A stretch of DNA of 37,779 nucleotides from Thermoplasmatales archaeon SW_10_69_26 (GTDB taxonomy: Archaea; Thermoplasmatota; SW-10-69-26): positions 1 to 37,779 of the forward strand of contig PXUB01000016.1 in the NCBI GenBank assembly GCA_003009755.1. Direction: 5' to 3'. The notes beneath the pieces were generated by a model. It saw nothing but the letters and a program-made list of their open reading frames with translations. It did not search any database and had not been told where the DNA came from. The position numbers and the translations under genes were made by a program. Of the stretch, positions 18,281 through 27,722 are shown in pieces (position 1 is the first letter of the stretch; each line of letters starts with the position of its first letter).

Positions 18281-19399
18281 ATGGGTCACATCGAGGACGA
18301 GATCCGGGAGATCGAACAGGAGATCAGCGAGACCCCCTACAACAAGTCCACCGAGCAGCACATCGGTCGCTTGAAAGCCAAGCTCGCGAAGCTCCGCGAG
18401 AAGCGGGAGAAGCGCGAGCAGTACGCCGGCAGCGGCGGATCGTCCGGGTACGACGTCAAGAAGACCGGGCACGCGAGCGTCGGCCTGGTGGGCTTCCCCA
18501 GCGTCGGGAAGTCCACGCTGTTGAACACGCTCACGAACGCCGAGAGCGAGGTCGGCTCCTACGAGTTCACCACGCTCGAGGTCGTGCCTGGCATGATGGC
18601 CCACAACAACGCCAACATCCAGATCCTGGACCTCCCAGGCCTGATCCACGGCGCCTCCGTCAACCGAGGCCGCGGCAAGGAGGTCATCTCGGTGGCGCGC
18701 AACTGCGATCTCGTCTGCCTCGTCGTGGACCCGTTCAACCCCGACCAGCTCGACGTCATCGTCGACGAGCTGTACGATTCCGGGATCCGCCTCAACGAGA
18801 ACCCGCCCCGCGTGCGGTTGAGCACGAGCCGGCGGCAAGGCGGCCTCGACGTCTCCTTCACCGTCGAGCCCACGCACGTCGACGAGGAGCTGGCCGAGTC
18901 GATCCTCGACGAGTGGGGGTACGTGAACGCCGATCTGGTCATCCGGGAGGACATCACGCACGACCAGCTCGTCGACGCCTTGGCCGGCAACCGGGTCTAC
19001 CAGCCGGCCGTGGTCGCCATCAACAAGATCGATCAGGCCGACCCCGAGCTCGTGAAGCAGCGGATCGGGGAGATCGAAGCCGAGGGCTGGGAGGTCGTCC
19101 CGATCAGCGCCTACGAGGAGCGGAACCTCGAGGCGCTCAAGGACCTCGTCTACCAGGAGCTGGACCTGATCCGGATCTACCTGAAACCGCAAGGTGGCGA
19201 CGCCGACATGGAGGACCCGCTCGTCGTGCGACGCGGGTCCACGGTCGGCGACGTGTGCGACCACCTGCACCGCGAGATGCGGGACCGGTTCCGCTACGCG
19301 CAGGTGTCCGGCGACTCCAGCGAGTTCCCCGACCAGCGGGTCGGCCTCGACCACCAGCTCGCGGACGAGGACATCCTGACGCTGATCACGCGCAAGTAG
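18281..19399 (+). CDS. DRG/Rbg1-family OBG GTPase with TGS domain
   Basis: YNKSTEQHIGRLKAKLA, GFPSVGKST, YEFTTL, DLPG, NKID, and C-terminal TGS (QRVGLDHQLADEDIL). Confidence 0.95.
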   Translation: MGHIEDEIREIEQEISETPYNKSTEQHIGRLKAKLAKLREKREKREQYAGSGGSSGYDVKKTGHASVGLVGFPSVGKSTLLNTLTNAESEVGSYEFTTLEVVPGMMAHNNANIQILDLPGLIHGASVNRGRGKEVISVARNCDLVCLVVDPFNPDQLDVIVDELYDSGIRLNENPPRVRLSTSRRQGGLDVSFTVEPTHVDEELAESILDEWGYVNADLVIREDITHDQLVDALAGNRVYQPAVVAINKIDQADPELVKQRIGEIEAEGWEVVPISAYEERNLEALKDLVYQELDLIRIYLKPQGGDADMEDPLVVRRGSTVGDVCDHLHREMRDRFRYAQVSGDSSEFPDQRVGLDHQLADEDILTLITRK

Positions 19400-19421
19400 C
19401 CGCTGCCGCGAGGACGCGGGT

Positions 19422-19580
19422 TAGCCTGCCGGACGTTATCTGCTCAAGTCTCGCCGTCCTCAGAGGTTCGAAGGCGCGGAGCGGGACCGAAGGCTTGCCC
19501 GACGGGCAAGTCGAGGGATTCCGCGACCTTGACCGCTCACGCCGGCGCGAGATCTTGCGCACATCGAGTCCGGCAGGCTA
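19422..19580. mobile_element. MITE-like element, copy 3 (159 bp)
   Basis: 13-bp TIRs TAGCCTGCCGGAC/GTCCGGCAGGCTA. Internal blocks TCTCGCCG.CCTCAG, GCGCGGAGC, TCCGCGACCTTG and CCGGCGCGAGA are shared with copy 2. Confidence 0.8.
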
Positions 19581-20372
19581 GGGTTCGATCTCGTCGACAC
19601 CGATCGCGTCCAGCCGGTCGGCGAGGTCGTGCTCCTCCGTCGTCGCCTCCGGCTGCAAGACGTATCCCTCGCAGTCCGGGACCGCCTTCACAGCGCGTTG
19701 CAGCGCCTCGTCGTCGACGTCCTGGGCTGCGCCCCAGCTGGGGATGACGTGGCCCGGCCGCAGATCGGTGTCCCGCACGGCGTCGTTGACCTGGGGACAG
19801 TAGTGGCCGCCGCCGACCCACAGCACGTTGCGGCCCTCGTCGGGTTCGGCCGCCAACAGCGCCTCGGCCAGCCAGCGGGCGGCCTGCTCGTCGTGCCACT
19901 CGTCCCGGGTGGAGCCCAGCTCGTAGAACAGCGTCGGCGCCTCGAGGTAGGGGCCGTGATGGGTGGCCTCGTAGGTGACCTCGTACCCGTCGGGGTCGAG
20001 GCCGCGCAGCTCGTCGAGCAGGCCCGCCATCCAGCCCGGTGAAGCCGGCACGAGGCGGCCCTCTTGGCCGCCGTAGGGGGCATCGGCGACATTCCCGATC
20101 GGGTGCACGCTCAGCGTCGGCCGGCCGGATTCGCCTTTGTGCCGGGAGAGGAACACGACGAGCTCGGGCTCGGACAGCGAGGGCGGCAGCCGCTCGTCCA
20201 GGTTCTCGCTGTGCAGATGCATCTCGTCGATCGTGACCAGGCGCAGGTCCTCGTAGGCGAGCACGCGGTGACCGTCGAACAAGCCCTTCTCGTCCCAGTC
20301 GACGAGCTCGCGGAGCTGGTCGGCGATGTTCCCCGACGCCGGATCCTCCGTGGATTCCACCAGGACGCGCAT
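19578..20372 (-). CDS. dtdA: D-aminoacyl-tRNA deacylase (archaeal DTD2 type)
   Basis: S..DPASGNI, FLSRH.GESG.PTLSVHPIGN, EATHHGP, F.ELGS...W, GGGHYCP. Confidence 0.92.
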   Translation of the reverse strand: MRVLVESTEDPASGNIADQLRELVDWDEKGLFDGHRVLAYEDLRLVTIDEMHLHSENLDERLPPSLSEPELVVFLSRHKGESGRPTLSVHPIGNVADAPYGGQEGRLVPASPGWMAGLLDELRGLDPDGYEVTYEATHHGPYLEAPTLFYELGSTRDEWHDEQAARWLAEALLAAEPDEGRNVLWVGGGHYCPQVNDAVRDTDLRPGHVIPSWGAAQDVDDEALQRAVKAVPDCEGYVLQPEATTEEHDLADRLDAIGVDEIEP

Positions 20373-20797
20373 CGAGCCCGACGAGGCCGCTCGCCGGTTT
20401 CAACCTACCGCCCGAAGCGGTCGTTCGCCGAGCGAGGGGCCCCTACCTTGCCATGCCGTCCAGAGCGTTGGCCGTCGGCGGGTCCGGCCGCGATCACCGG
20501 CGTCCTCGTCACCGTTTGCTGCCTCGAACGAGGTAAGGACCGCGCCGCCGAGCTCGCCCCCTAGGCTTGACCTGGGATCGGGCCTGGCCCTCGTGGGGAC
20601 GCCTCGGGGAACCCGCTCGAGCTCGACCGGCGCCTGCCAGATGCCCGGGTGGGGGGAGGGCGCCCAGACGGTGACCGGCGTGGCGCCCAGCGACGATGCG
20701 CTGGCCGACCGCGAACGTTGATCGACCGCGGGCCAGCCGCGGCGGACGGCGCGGAGACCGTCGAGGCCGAGCGGACGTGGGGGCGCTTGTGCCTACC

Positions 20798-21547
20798 TCA
20801 GTGGGGTTGGGGCGCGGCTTGCGCGGCGCCGGGGCCGTGACCGTGGTCGTGTTCTTCCATCTGCTCGCGGGTGACCTCGTCGCGGAACTCGACGCCGTCG
20901 AGCTCGGTGTGCTCGAAGACGTCGTGGCCGAGCCGGTGGCGGGCCATGAACCACTGCGAATCGAAGCTGGCCTCGTCGGGGACGGTCACAATCGCCTCGC
21001 CGTCCTCGACGGTGACCTGGAAGTCCTCGGCCTTGGACACGGCGTAGTCGAGCGCGATGAGAGCCTCCAGCTTCTCCTGATCGCCCTCGATGATCTCGAG
21101 CACCTCGTACTCGTACTCGAGCGTCTTGCCGGCCATCGGGTGGTTGAAGTCCACGCGCACGCGGCTGGCCGTGGTCTGCACGATCTGGCCACGCTGGCCC
21201 TCGATCTCGACCTGGGCACCAGGCTGCAGGTTGATGTCCCGCTTCTCGAGCTCGCTGCGCGGGTACAGACGCACCCGGTTGTCGTCGTGCTTGCCGAACG
21301 CATCGACGGGCGGAACCTCGACCTCGCTCTCCTCGCCGACCTCGGCCTCGAGCAGCGCTTGCTCGAACCCGGGAACGACGCGTTCGCCACCGAGCAGGAT
21401 CGGCATCGGGCGAAGCTCGTCCTCGTCGACGTCCCAGCCCTCCTCCAGGGCCAGGTCTTGGCGGGTCGTGTCGAAGAGTTCGCCGTCGTCGGTCCACGCT
21501 TCGAAGTCCACGAGGACGATGTCGCCCTCCGAGAGGCCGTCAGACAC
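20798..21547 (-). CDS. slyD: Long-type FKBP peptidyl-prolyl isomerase
   Basis: GDIVLVDF, DGELFDTT, VVPGFEQAL, VDFNHPMAGKTL, C-terminal archaeal domain and a short His-rich tail. GTG start approximate. Confidence 0.9.
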   Translation of the reverse strand: MSDGLSEGDIVLVDFEAWTDDGELFDTTRQDLALEEGWDVDEDELRPMPILLGGERVVPGFEQALLEAEVGEESEVEVPPVDAFGKHDDNRVRLYPRSELEKRDINLQPGAQVEIEGQRGQIVQTTASRVRVDFNHPMAGKTLEYEYEVLEIIEGDQEKLEALIALDYAVSKAEDFQVTVEDGEAIVTVPDEASFDSQWFMARHRLGHDVFEHTELDGVEFRDEVTREQMEEHDHGHGPGAAQAAPQPH

Positions 21548-21786
21548 CTTGGGCACCACGCTAGCCAGCAAAGAGGGGGTACAAATGCGTTGGGCGGAAA
21601 CGTTCCGACTCTACGGTCCCCGAGTCGCTGGGGACCTGGCGTCCGGTCGGCGTCGCCGTCGACGGGATCGACGTCGACCCCTGTCACGACGTCGCTGCGC
21701 TCCCGCGCCCACCCTCGATCTCGAGGTGTCTGGATGGAGCGGGGCCAGGGGTAACCCTTTTCGTGGCTACCCGCCTGGGCTCGGTG

Positions 21787-22923
21787 ATGAAACTTAAAGA
21801 GTACCAGGGGCGCGAGCTCTTCCAGGAGGCCGACATCCCGGCGCCCGAGGGCACCGTGGTGTCCTCCCTGGAGGAGTTCGACGAGGTCGCCGACGACCTC
21901 GCCTACCCCGTCGTCGTCAAGGCTCAGGTCCTCGCCGGCGGACGAGGCAAAGCCGGCGGCGTCAAGTTCGCCGACGACGCCGGGGAGGCCCGCGAGCACG
22001 TGGACGACATCCTCGGCATGGAGATCAAGGGCCTCACCGTGGACGAGGTCCTGCTCGTCAAGATGATCGAGATCGAGCACGAGCTGTACGCCAGCGTGCT
22101 CGTCGACCGCTCCCAGCGGCTGCCGATGGTCATGGTCAGCCCGGAGGGCGGCGTCGACATCGAGTCCGTGCCCGACGAGGACATCTACACCGTCAACGTC
22201 AACCCGTTCACCGGCTTCTCGCCGTATCACGCCCGCCAGCTGCTCGCCGGCCTCGACGTCGACCGCGACGTCGAGAAGCAGCTCGCCAGCGTGCTCGGCA
22301 AGATGTTCGAGCTCTTCCAGGACCGCGATGCGGACCTCGTCGAGATCAACCCGCTGGCGATCACGCCAGACGGGGATGTCGTGGCGGCCGACTCGAAGTT
22401 CAAGATCGACGACAGCGCGGACTTCCGGAACCAGGACGTCGAGGCGAGCCAGGAAGACGTGCCCGAGCTCGAGCGCGAGGCCAACGAGAAGGGCATCGCC
22501 TTCGTCGAGCTCGAGGGCGACATCGGTGTCATCGCGAACGGCGCCGGCCTCACGATGGCCACGCTCGACGCGATCGAGCACTACGGCGGCAAGGGCGGCA
22601 CCTTCCTCGATCTCGGCGGCACCGACGACCCCGAGAAGGTGAAGACCTGCTTCGACCTGCTCACACGTGCCGACCCGTCCGTCATCTTCCTCAACCTGTT
22701 CGGCGGCATCACGAAGGCCGACACCGTCGCCGAGGGCGTCGTCCAGGTCCTCGAGGAGGAGGGCCTCGACGTCCCGCTCGTCACCCGCATCCGCGGCGTG
22801 AACGAGGAGCGAGCCCGCGAGATGCTGCGCGACGCCGGCGTCACCGCCACCCAGGATCTCAAGAAGGCCGCGGAGAAGGCCGTCCAACTCGAGACGGAAG
22901 CTTCCAACGGAGGTGCCCGCTGA
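21787..22923 (+). CDS. sucC: Succinyl-CoA synthetase beta subunit
   Basis: MKLKEYQG, VKAQVLAGGRGKAGG, EINPL, NGAGLTMATLD, FLDLGG, NLFGGIT. Confidence 0.95.
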   Translation: MKLKEYQGRELFQEADIPAPEGTVVSSLEEFDEVADDLAYPVVVKAQVLAGGRGKAGGVKFADDAGEAREHVDDILGMEIKGLTVDEVLLVKMIEIEHELYASVLVDRSQRLPMVMVSPEGGVDIESVPDEDIYTVNVNPFTGFSPYHARQLLAGLDVDRDVEKQLASVLGKMFELFQDRDADLVEINPLAITPDGDVVAADSKFKIDDSADFRNQDVEASQEDVPELEREANEKGIAFVELEGDIGVIANGAGLTMATLDAIEHYGGKGGTFLDLGGTDDPEKVKTCFDLLTRADPSVIFLNLFGGITKADTVAEGVVQVLEEEGLDVPLVTRIRGVNEERAREMLRDAGVTATQDLKKAAEKAVQLETEASNGGAR

Positions 22924-23786
22924 TGGGTGCGATCATCGACGACGAGACCAAGGTCATCGTCCAGGGGATCACCGGCCACCAGGGTCGGTTCCACAGCCGA
23001 GCCATGATGGACTTCGGGACGAACGTCGTGGGCGGGGTCACCCCCGGGAAGGGTGGCGAGGAGGTCAACGGCCTCCCCGTGTTCGACACCGTCCAGGACG
23101 CCGTCGACGAGACCGGCGCCGACGCCAGCGTCGTCTTCGTGCCGGCCGCGTTCGCGCGCGATGCCGCGCTTGAGGCCCTCGACGCCGGGATCGAGCTCGT
23201 GAACGTCATCACCGAGCACATCCCGGTCCAGGACGCCATCGACTTCGGCCACTACGCCGACTACGAGGACGCCCGCGTGCTGGGCCCCAACTGCCCCGGC
23301 ATCTGTGCGCCCGGCGACGAGACCAAGCTCGGCATCCTGCCGAACCGGATCTTCTCGCCCGGCAACGTCGGCATCGTGTCCCGCTCCGGGACGCTCACCT
23401 ACGAGATGGTGGGCGCGCTCAGCGAGGCCGGCATCGGGCAATCCACCGTGATCGGGATCGGCGGCGACCAGACACCCGGCACGACGTTCGTGGACGCGCT
23501 CGAATGCTTCGAGCAGGACCCCGACACCGACGAGATCATCCTCGTCGGCGAGATCGGCGGCACCGCCGAGGAGGAGGCCGCCGAGTACATCACCCGGAAC
23601 GTCTCCAAGCCCGTGCACGCCTACATCGCCGGTCGCTCGGCCCCGCAGGGCAAGCAGATGGGCCACGCCGGCGCGATCGTGACCCGCGGCAAGGGCACCG
23701 CCGAGTCCAAGATCGAGGCGTTCGAGAACGCCGGCTGCGAGGTCATGGACTTTCCGACGGACGCCCCCGATTACGTGAAGGGGTGA
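22923..23786 (+). CDS. sucD: Succinyl-CoA synthetase alpha subunit
   Basis: VQGITG, GVTPGKGG, GPNCPG, SRSGTLTYE, MGHAGA (phospho-His). TGATG coupling with sucC. Confidence 0.96.
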   Translation: MGAIIDDETKVIVQGITGHQGRFHSRAMMDFGTNVVGGVTPGKGGEEVNGLPVFDTVQDAVDETGADASVVFVPAAFARDAALEALDAGIELVNVITEHIPVQDAIDFGHYADYEDARVLGPNCPGICAPGDETKLGILPNRIFSPGNVGIVSRSGTLTYEMVGALSEAGIGQSTVIGIGGDQTPGTTFVDALECFEQDPDTDEIILVGEIGGTAEEEAAEYITRNVSKPVHAYIAGRSAPQGKQMGHAGAIVTRGKGTAESKIEAFENAGCEVMDFPTDAPDYVKG

Positions 23787-23870
23787 GGGGCGTCCGTCCT
23801 CTGACGGAGGCCGACCACCGCCACCCGCCTCCGTCATCCCGACGGACGCCCCCGATTACGTGAAGGGGTG
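23754..23870 (+). repeat. 32-bp direct duplication of the sucD 3' end with an intervening inverted copy and hairpin
   Basis: CCGACGGACGCCCCCGATTACGTGAAGGGGTG at 23754-23785 and 23839-23870. Inverted GGGGCGTCCGTC at 23787-23798. 10-bp stem 23802-23811/23827-23836. Confidence 0.9.
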
Positions 23871-24030
23871 TGGGAGCGCCCCTCATCTCGCGAGCATCGA
23901 GCCCGTGCACCGACGCCGGCCGGGCCGGAGGGCTCGGCCGCGTCTTCTCGTTCTCTTCGTCTGCTCGCTTGGCCCAGTCCGGGCTGGGGCCCAAAAGGCC
24001 CGACCGTCATCGTAGCCACGAGGCTCACCG

Positions 24031-24786
24031 ATGCCCGAGACGTGCTCGTTCGAACGGACACACGAGATGGACGGCCAGAACCCGACGCTGATCGAGGGGC
24101 TGCCCGGCATGGGGCTGGTCGCCTCGATCGCCGCCGACCAGGTCCGCCGGAACCTCGACCTGGCCCAGATCGGGCATCTGCGCTCCGGGGGGTTCCCGCC
24201 GATGGCCTCCTTCGAGGACGGGCTCGTCGAGGAGACGATGCGCGTGTACGGCGGCACGGAGCCAGCCGTGTTGACGCTGCACAGCTCGGCGCCCGTGCCC
24301 GAGGAGGCCGTCGGATCGCTGGCCGATTGCGTCCTGAAGGATCTGGCCCACGAGTTCCAGCAGGCGATCTTCCTCGTCGGCGCCCCCGCCCAATCCGAGG
24401 ACCAGCTGGGCCAGGTGCGCGGCATCGGGACGAACCCCGGCCAGCGCGAACGGCTAACGGAGGCCGGCATCGATCTGGCCGAACACACGGGCACGATCGG
24501 GGGCGTGACCGGCGCCCTCCTGCAGGCTTGCTACCGCGCGCAGGTCCCGGCCGTCGCGCTCGTCACGCGCTGCCGACCGAAGATCCCCGACCCCGGAGCC
24601 GCTCGCAGCGTGATCGAGAACGGGCTCGAGCCCCTGGTCGACTTCGATCTGGACACGAGCGACCTCGAGGAGCGCGACGAGGAGATCCAGCGGCGGTTGG
24701 ACGAGGTGGCTCGACAGTACCAGCAGTCGCAAACGACCACGCCGGCAGGCGCCGCCGAAGAGGCCCCCGCCAGCCTGTACCATTGA
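24031..24786 (+). CDS. PAC2-family proteasome assembly chaperone
   Basis: LIEGLPGMGLVASIAA, GGVTGALL, PDPGAA, D.SDLEE...EI. Confidence 0.88.
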   Translation: MPETCSFERTHEMDGQNPTLIEGLPGMGLVASIAADQVRRNLDLAQIGHLRSGGFPPMASFEDGLVEETMRVYGGTEPAVLTLHSSAPVPEEAVGSLADCVLKDLAHEFQQAIFLVGAPAQSEDQLGQVRGIGTNPGQRERLTEAGIDLAEHTGTIGGVTGALLQACYRAQVPAVALVTRCRPKIPDPGAARSVIENGLEPLVDFDLDTSDLEERDEEIQRRLDEVARQYQQSQTTTPAGAAEEAPASLYH

Positions 24787-24793
24787 GGCCCGC

Positions 24794-25606
24794 TCAGGCC
24801 CGCCGCCGGCCGATCCAGGCCGCCAAGCCCAGCGCGGCGAGCAGCCCTGCCCCGGGCGCCGGGATGCCGCTTTTCTCGTCCGTGGTCGATTGCTGCTCGA
24901 GGGCGGTCTCGTTCGTCGCGTTCGCCGACGGTCGGTCGGTCTCGGGCTCACGAACGGCGAAGGCCTCCCCCACGCCGGGCAGCGTCAACGCGGAGGCGGT
25001 CTCGTTGCCACCGACGACCAGGTTGAGGTTGTCCACGGCCAGGTTCGGGGACCCGAACACGGTGACGTCCAGGCCAACGGTATCGCTGGCGTTGTACCCC
25101 GGTTCCTCGGGCTGGGGCACGGTGACCTCCAGCTCCATCGGGTCGCCCGGCGAGCAAACGGCGGGCAAGCTGGCCCCGCCCTCGTCGATCCGGTCCCCGC
25201 TGCGAACCAGCCAGAGGCGCACGTTGTCCAGTGGCTGGTGCATCGCCGTCGGCTGATCGCACCCCACGACGAGGTGCGCGGTCGCCTCGCGGGTCACGTT
25301 GAAGGCTCCCAAGGAGGGCGCGCGGAACAACGTCGGGCAGCCGATGACGGCAGAGGACCGGCTCAGATCCGCCGGGCCGGCTTGCTCGGGCCCCTCCCCG
25401 GGCTCGGCGATGCCGTGCACCTCGACGTCGCCGCAGGGGAGCCCACCCTCGCCGGAGGCCTCGGGCGGGGCGCGGTCGGTCAGCGGGAGCCGGTCGTCGG
25501 TTCGGGGTTGCAGCTGGGCGCCGGCGGCCGAGGCGGCCACGAGCATCACGAGCAAGGCGGCAGTGGTACAGACTCGCACGGACCCGCGAGCCGGCTCGAC
25601 GAGCAA
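24794..25606 (-). CDS. Secreted surface protein with PGF-CTERM-like archaeosortase signal
   Basis: Signal peptide ...TAALLVMLVAASAAGA. C-terminus IPAPGAGLLAALGLAAWIGRRRA (motif, TM, Arg cluster). The true start is probably slightly downstream of 25606. Confidence 0.75.
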   Translation of the reverse strand: MLVEPARGSVRVCTTAALLVMLVAASAAGAQLQPRTDDRLPLTDRAPPEASGEGGLPCGDVEVHGIAEPGEGPEQAGPADLSRSSAVIGCPTLFRAPSLGAFNVTREATAHLVVGCDQPTAMHQPLDNVRLWLVRSGDRIDEGGASLPAVCSPGDPMELEVTVPQPEEPGYNASDTVGLDVTVFGSPNLAVDNLNLVVGGNETASALTLPGVGEAFAVREPETDRPSANATNETALEQQSTTDEKSGIPAPGAGLLAALGLAAWIGRRRA

Positions 25607-25713
25607 GAGCCTTCCGCCGGCCCGCCCGCGAGCCCGAGGACCGTTTTCTCCTCCGCTCGGTAGTTGGTGCTCACAAACGTTTGATACCCTTGTCCCCGTT
25701 GCACCGGTGTCGC

Positions 25714-26928
25714 ATGGCGTTCGAGTTCTCCTTCGCGCCCGAGCACGAGATGTTCCGGCGGACCCTGCGCGGGTTCCTGGACGAGGAAATCCGGCCCCGG
25801 ATCGACGACGAGTTCTACGACTCCGAGGCGTTCCCCTGGGACCTGGTGACGCCGATGGCCGAGCAGGGCCTGTTCGGCGTCACGGTCCCGCCCGAGTACG
25901 GCGGTGCCGGGCTCGGCGAGATCGGGTACGGGATCCTGCTGGAGGAGCTGGCCAAGGTCGACACGGGCCTGTCCACGATCGTGGGCGCCCACACCGGCAT
26001 CTGCCTGGCTCCGATCTACCTCTTCGGCACCGAGGAGCAGAAGGAACGCTACCTGCCGCCGCTTTGCCGGGGCGAGGACATCGGCGCTTTCGCCCTCACG
26101 GAACCCCAAGCGGGCTCGGACGCCGCCAACATCAAGACCCGTGCCGAGCGCGACGGCGACGAGTACGTGCTCGACGGGACCAAGATCTACGTCTCCAACG
26201 GCGACGTGGCGGACACGCTCATGGTGAGCGCCGTCACCGATCCCGCGTTGGGGGCCCGCGGCGGCGTGACCGCGTTCATCGTGGACTCCGACTGGGACGG
26301 GTTCGAGGTGTCCAGCAAGGAGGACAAGATGGGTATCCGCCGGTCGACGACGGCCCAGATCGAGTTCGACGGATGCCGGGTGCCGGAGGAGAACGTGCTC
26401 GGCAACGTCGGCGAGGGCTTCATCGTCGCCTTGACCGCGCTGGACGGCGGACGCGCCACGCTGGCCGCCGGCTCGATCGGAGGCGCCACCGAGGCGCTCA
26501 ACCGCGCCGTCGATTACGCCAACGCCCGCGAGCAGTTCGGCGACCCGATCGCCCACCACCAGGACGTCCAGTTCAAGCTCGCCGAGATGAGCACGGACAT
26601 CACGCAAGCGCGCTACGCCACCTATCACTGCCTCGAGTACGTCGAGGAGTACTACGAGCAGATCGCCGCCGGCGAGGACGTGTCCAAGGCGTTCCGAGAG
26701 AAGGTGTCCCGACGCTCGGCCCAGGTGAAGATCGCCGCCAGCGAGATGGCGGCCGAGGTGACCGAGAAGGCCTGCGACATCATGGGCGCCCGCGGCCTCG
26801 CCGAAGGCTACGGCGTCGAGAAAGGCCTGCGCGATTCCCCGATCGCCGAGATCTACGAGGGCACCAACGAGATCCAACGCATGATCATCGGCCGCGAGGT
26901 CGCCCAAGAGGGGGGATACGCGTGGTGA
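25714..26928 (+). CDS. Acyl-CoA dehydrogenase
   Basis: PPEYGGAG, FALTEPQAGSDA, LDGTKIYVSNG, KMGIR.S.T, REQFG, IYEGTNEIQR. ATG at 25714. Confidence 0.95.
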   Translation: MAFEFSFAPEHEMFRRTLRGFLDEEIRPRIDDEFYDSEAFPWDLVTPMAEQGLFGVTVPPEYGGAGLGEIGYGILLEELAKVDTGLSTIVGAHTGICLAPIYLFGTEEQKERYLPPLCRGEDIGAFALTEPQAGSDAANIKTRAERDGDEYVLDGTKIYVSNGDVADTLMVSAVTDPALGARGGVTAFIVDSDWDGFEVSSKEDKMGIRRSTTAQIEFDGCRVPEENVLGNVGEGFIVALTALDGGRATLAAGSIGGATEALNRAVDYANAREQFGDPIAHHQDVQFKLAEMSTDITQARYATYHCLEYVEEYYEQIAAGEDVSKAFREKVSRRSAQVKIAASEMAAEVTEKACDIMGARGLAEGYGVEKGLRDSPIAEIYEGTNEIQRMIIGREVAQEGGYAW

Positions 26929-27722
26929 ACATCGCCGTCGCGATCAAACACGTCCCCGCCGACGACGACGTGCGGGTCTCGAAGAAGACCGGCCAACCCG
27001 TCGTCGACCTCACCGAGGGCCGCATGAATCCCTTGGGGCGGCGAGCCCTCGAGACCGGGCTCCGCCTGAGCAAGCAGGACCCGGCCAGCGAGGTGACCGC
27101 CGTGTCCCTGGGCCCCGAGGAGGCCGAGCCCACCGTGCGCGAAGCCCTCGCCATGGGCGCCGACCGCGGCGTGCTCGTCGCCGATCCCCTGCTCGAGGAG
27201 TCCACCGGCCTGGCTACGGCCAAGGCCCTGGCCTCGACCGTGCGGTCCCTGGGCGACATCGACGTCGTCATCGCCGGCGCCCGCACCACCGACCGCTTCG
27301 CCGGCCACGTCGGCCCCGCCATGGCCGCCTTGCTCGGCTTCTCGATCGCCACGCACGCCCGCTCGGCCGGGATCGACGGCGAGGACCTCCTCGTCGAGAA
27401 GCAACGCCGTGACGGCACGGCCACCCGCCTGCAGGTGCCCACCCCGTGCCTGGTGTCGGTCGGTCCCCAAAGCCCCGACCCTCGGCACGCGACGACCTGG
27501 GGTGTCCACGCGGCCTTCGCCCAGGATGCCCTCGAACGGTGGTCGATCGCGGACCTGGACGTCTCGCCGGACGAGCTGGGTCCCGGCGCTGCGGCGACCA
27601 CGCAGGAGAACGTGGAACCGGTCGCCGAGAAGGAACGCGAGACCGAGATCTTCGACGGGGAAGCCGAGGATACCGCCGAGAGCTTGCAGCGGCGGCTGAA
27701 CTCGAGGGGGTTGCTACGATGA
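26925..27722 (+). CDS. etfB: Electron transfer flavoprotein beta subunit
   Basis: VNIAVAIKHVP, MNP...ALE, VSLGP, REALAMGADRG. GTGA overlap with the upstream dehydrogenase. Confidence 0.9.
   Translation: MNIAVAIKHVPADDDVRVSKKTGQPVVDLTEGRMNPLGRRALETGLRLSKQDPASEVTAVSLGPEEAEPTVREALAMGADRGVLVADPLLEESTGLATAKALASTVRSLGDIDVVIAGARTTDRFAGHVGPAMAALLGFSIATHARSAGIDGEDLLVEKQRRDGTATRLQVPTPCLVSVGPQSPDPRHATTWGVHAAFAQDALERWSIADLDVSPDELGPGAAATTQENVEPVAEKERETEIFDGEAEDTAESLQRRLNSRGLLR

Noticed and set aside
20400-20790. Hidden gene or ncRNA in the dtdA-slyD gap
   Set aside because: No ORF with host-like acidic composition and no convincing long stems or known RNA motifs by eye.
25299-27722. 807-aa ORF suggesting a large EtfB fusion
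   Set aside because: Only the part from GTG 26925 is EtfB; the upstream part is an off-frame overlap of the acyl-CoA dehydrogenase.
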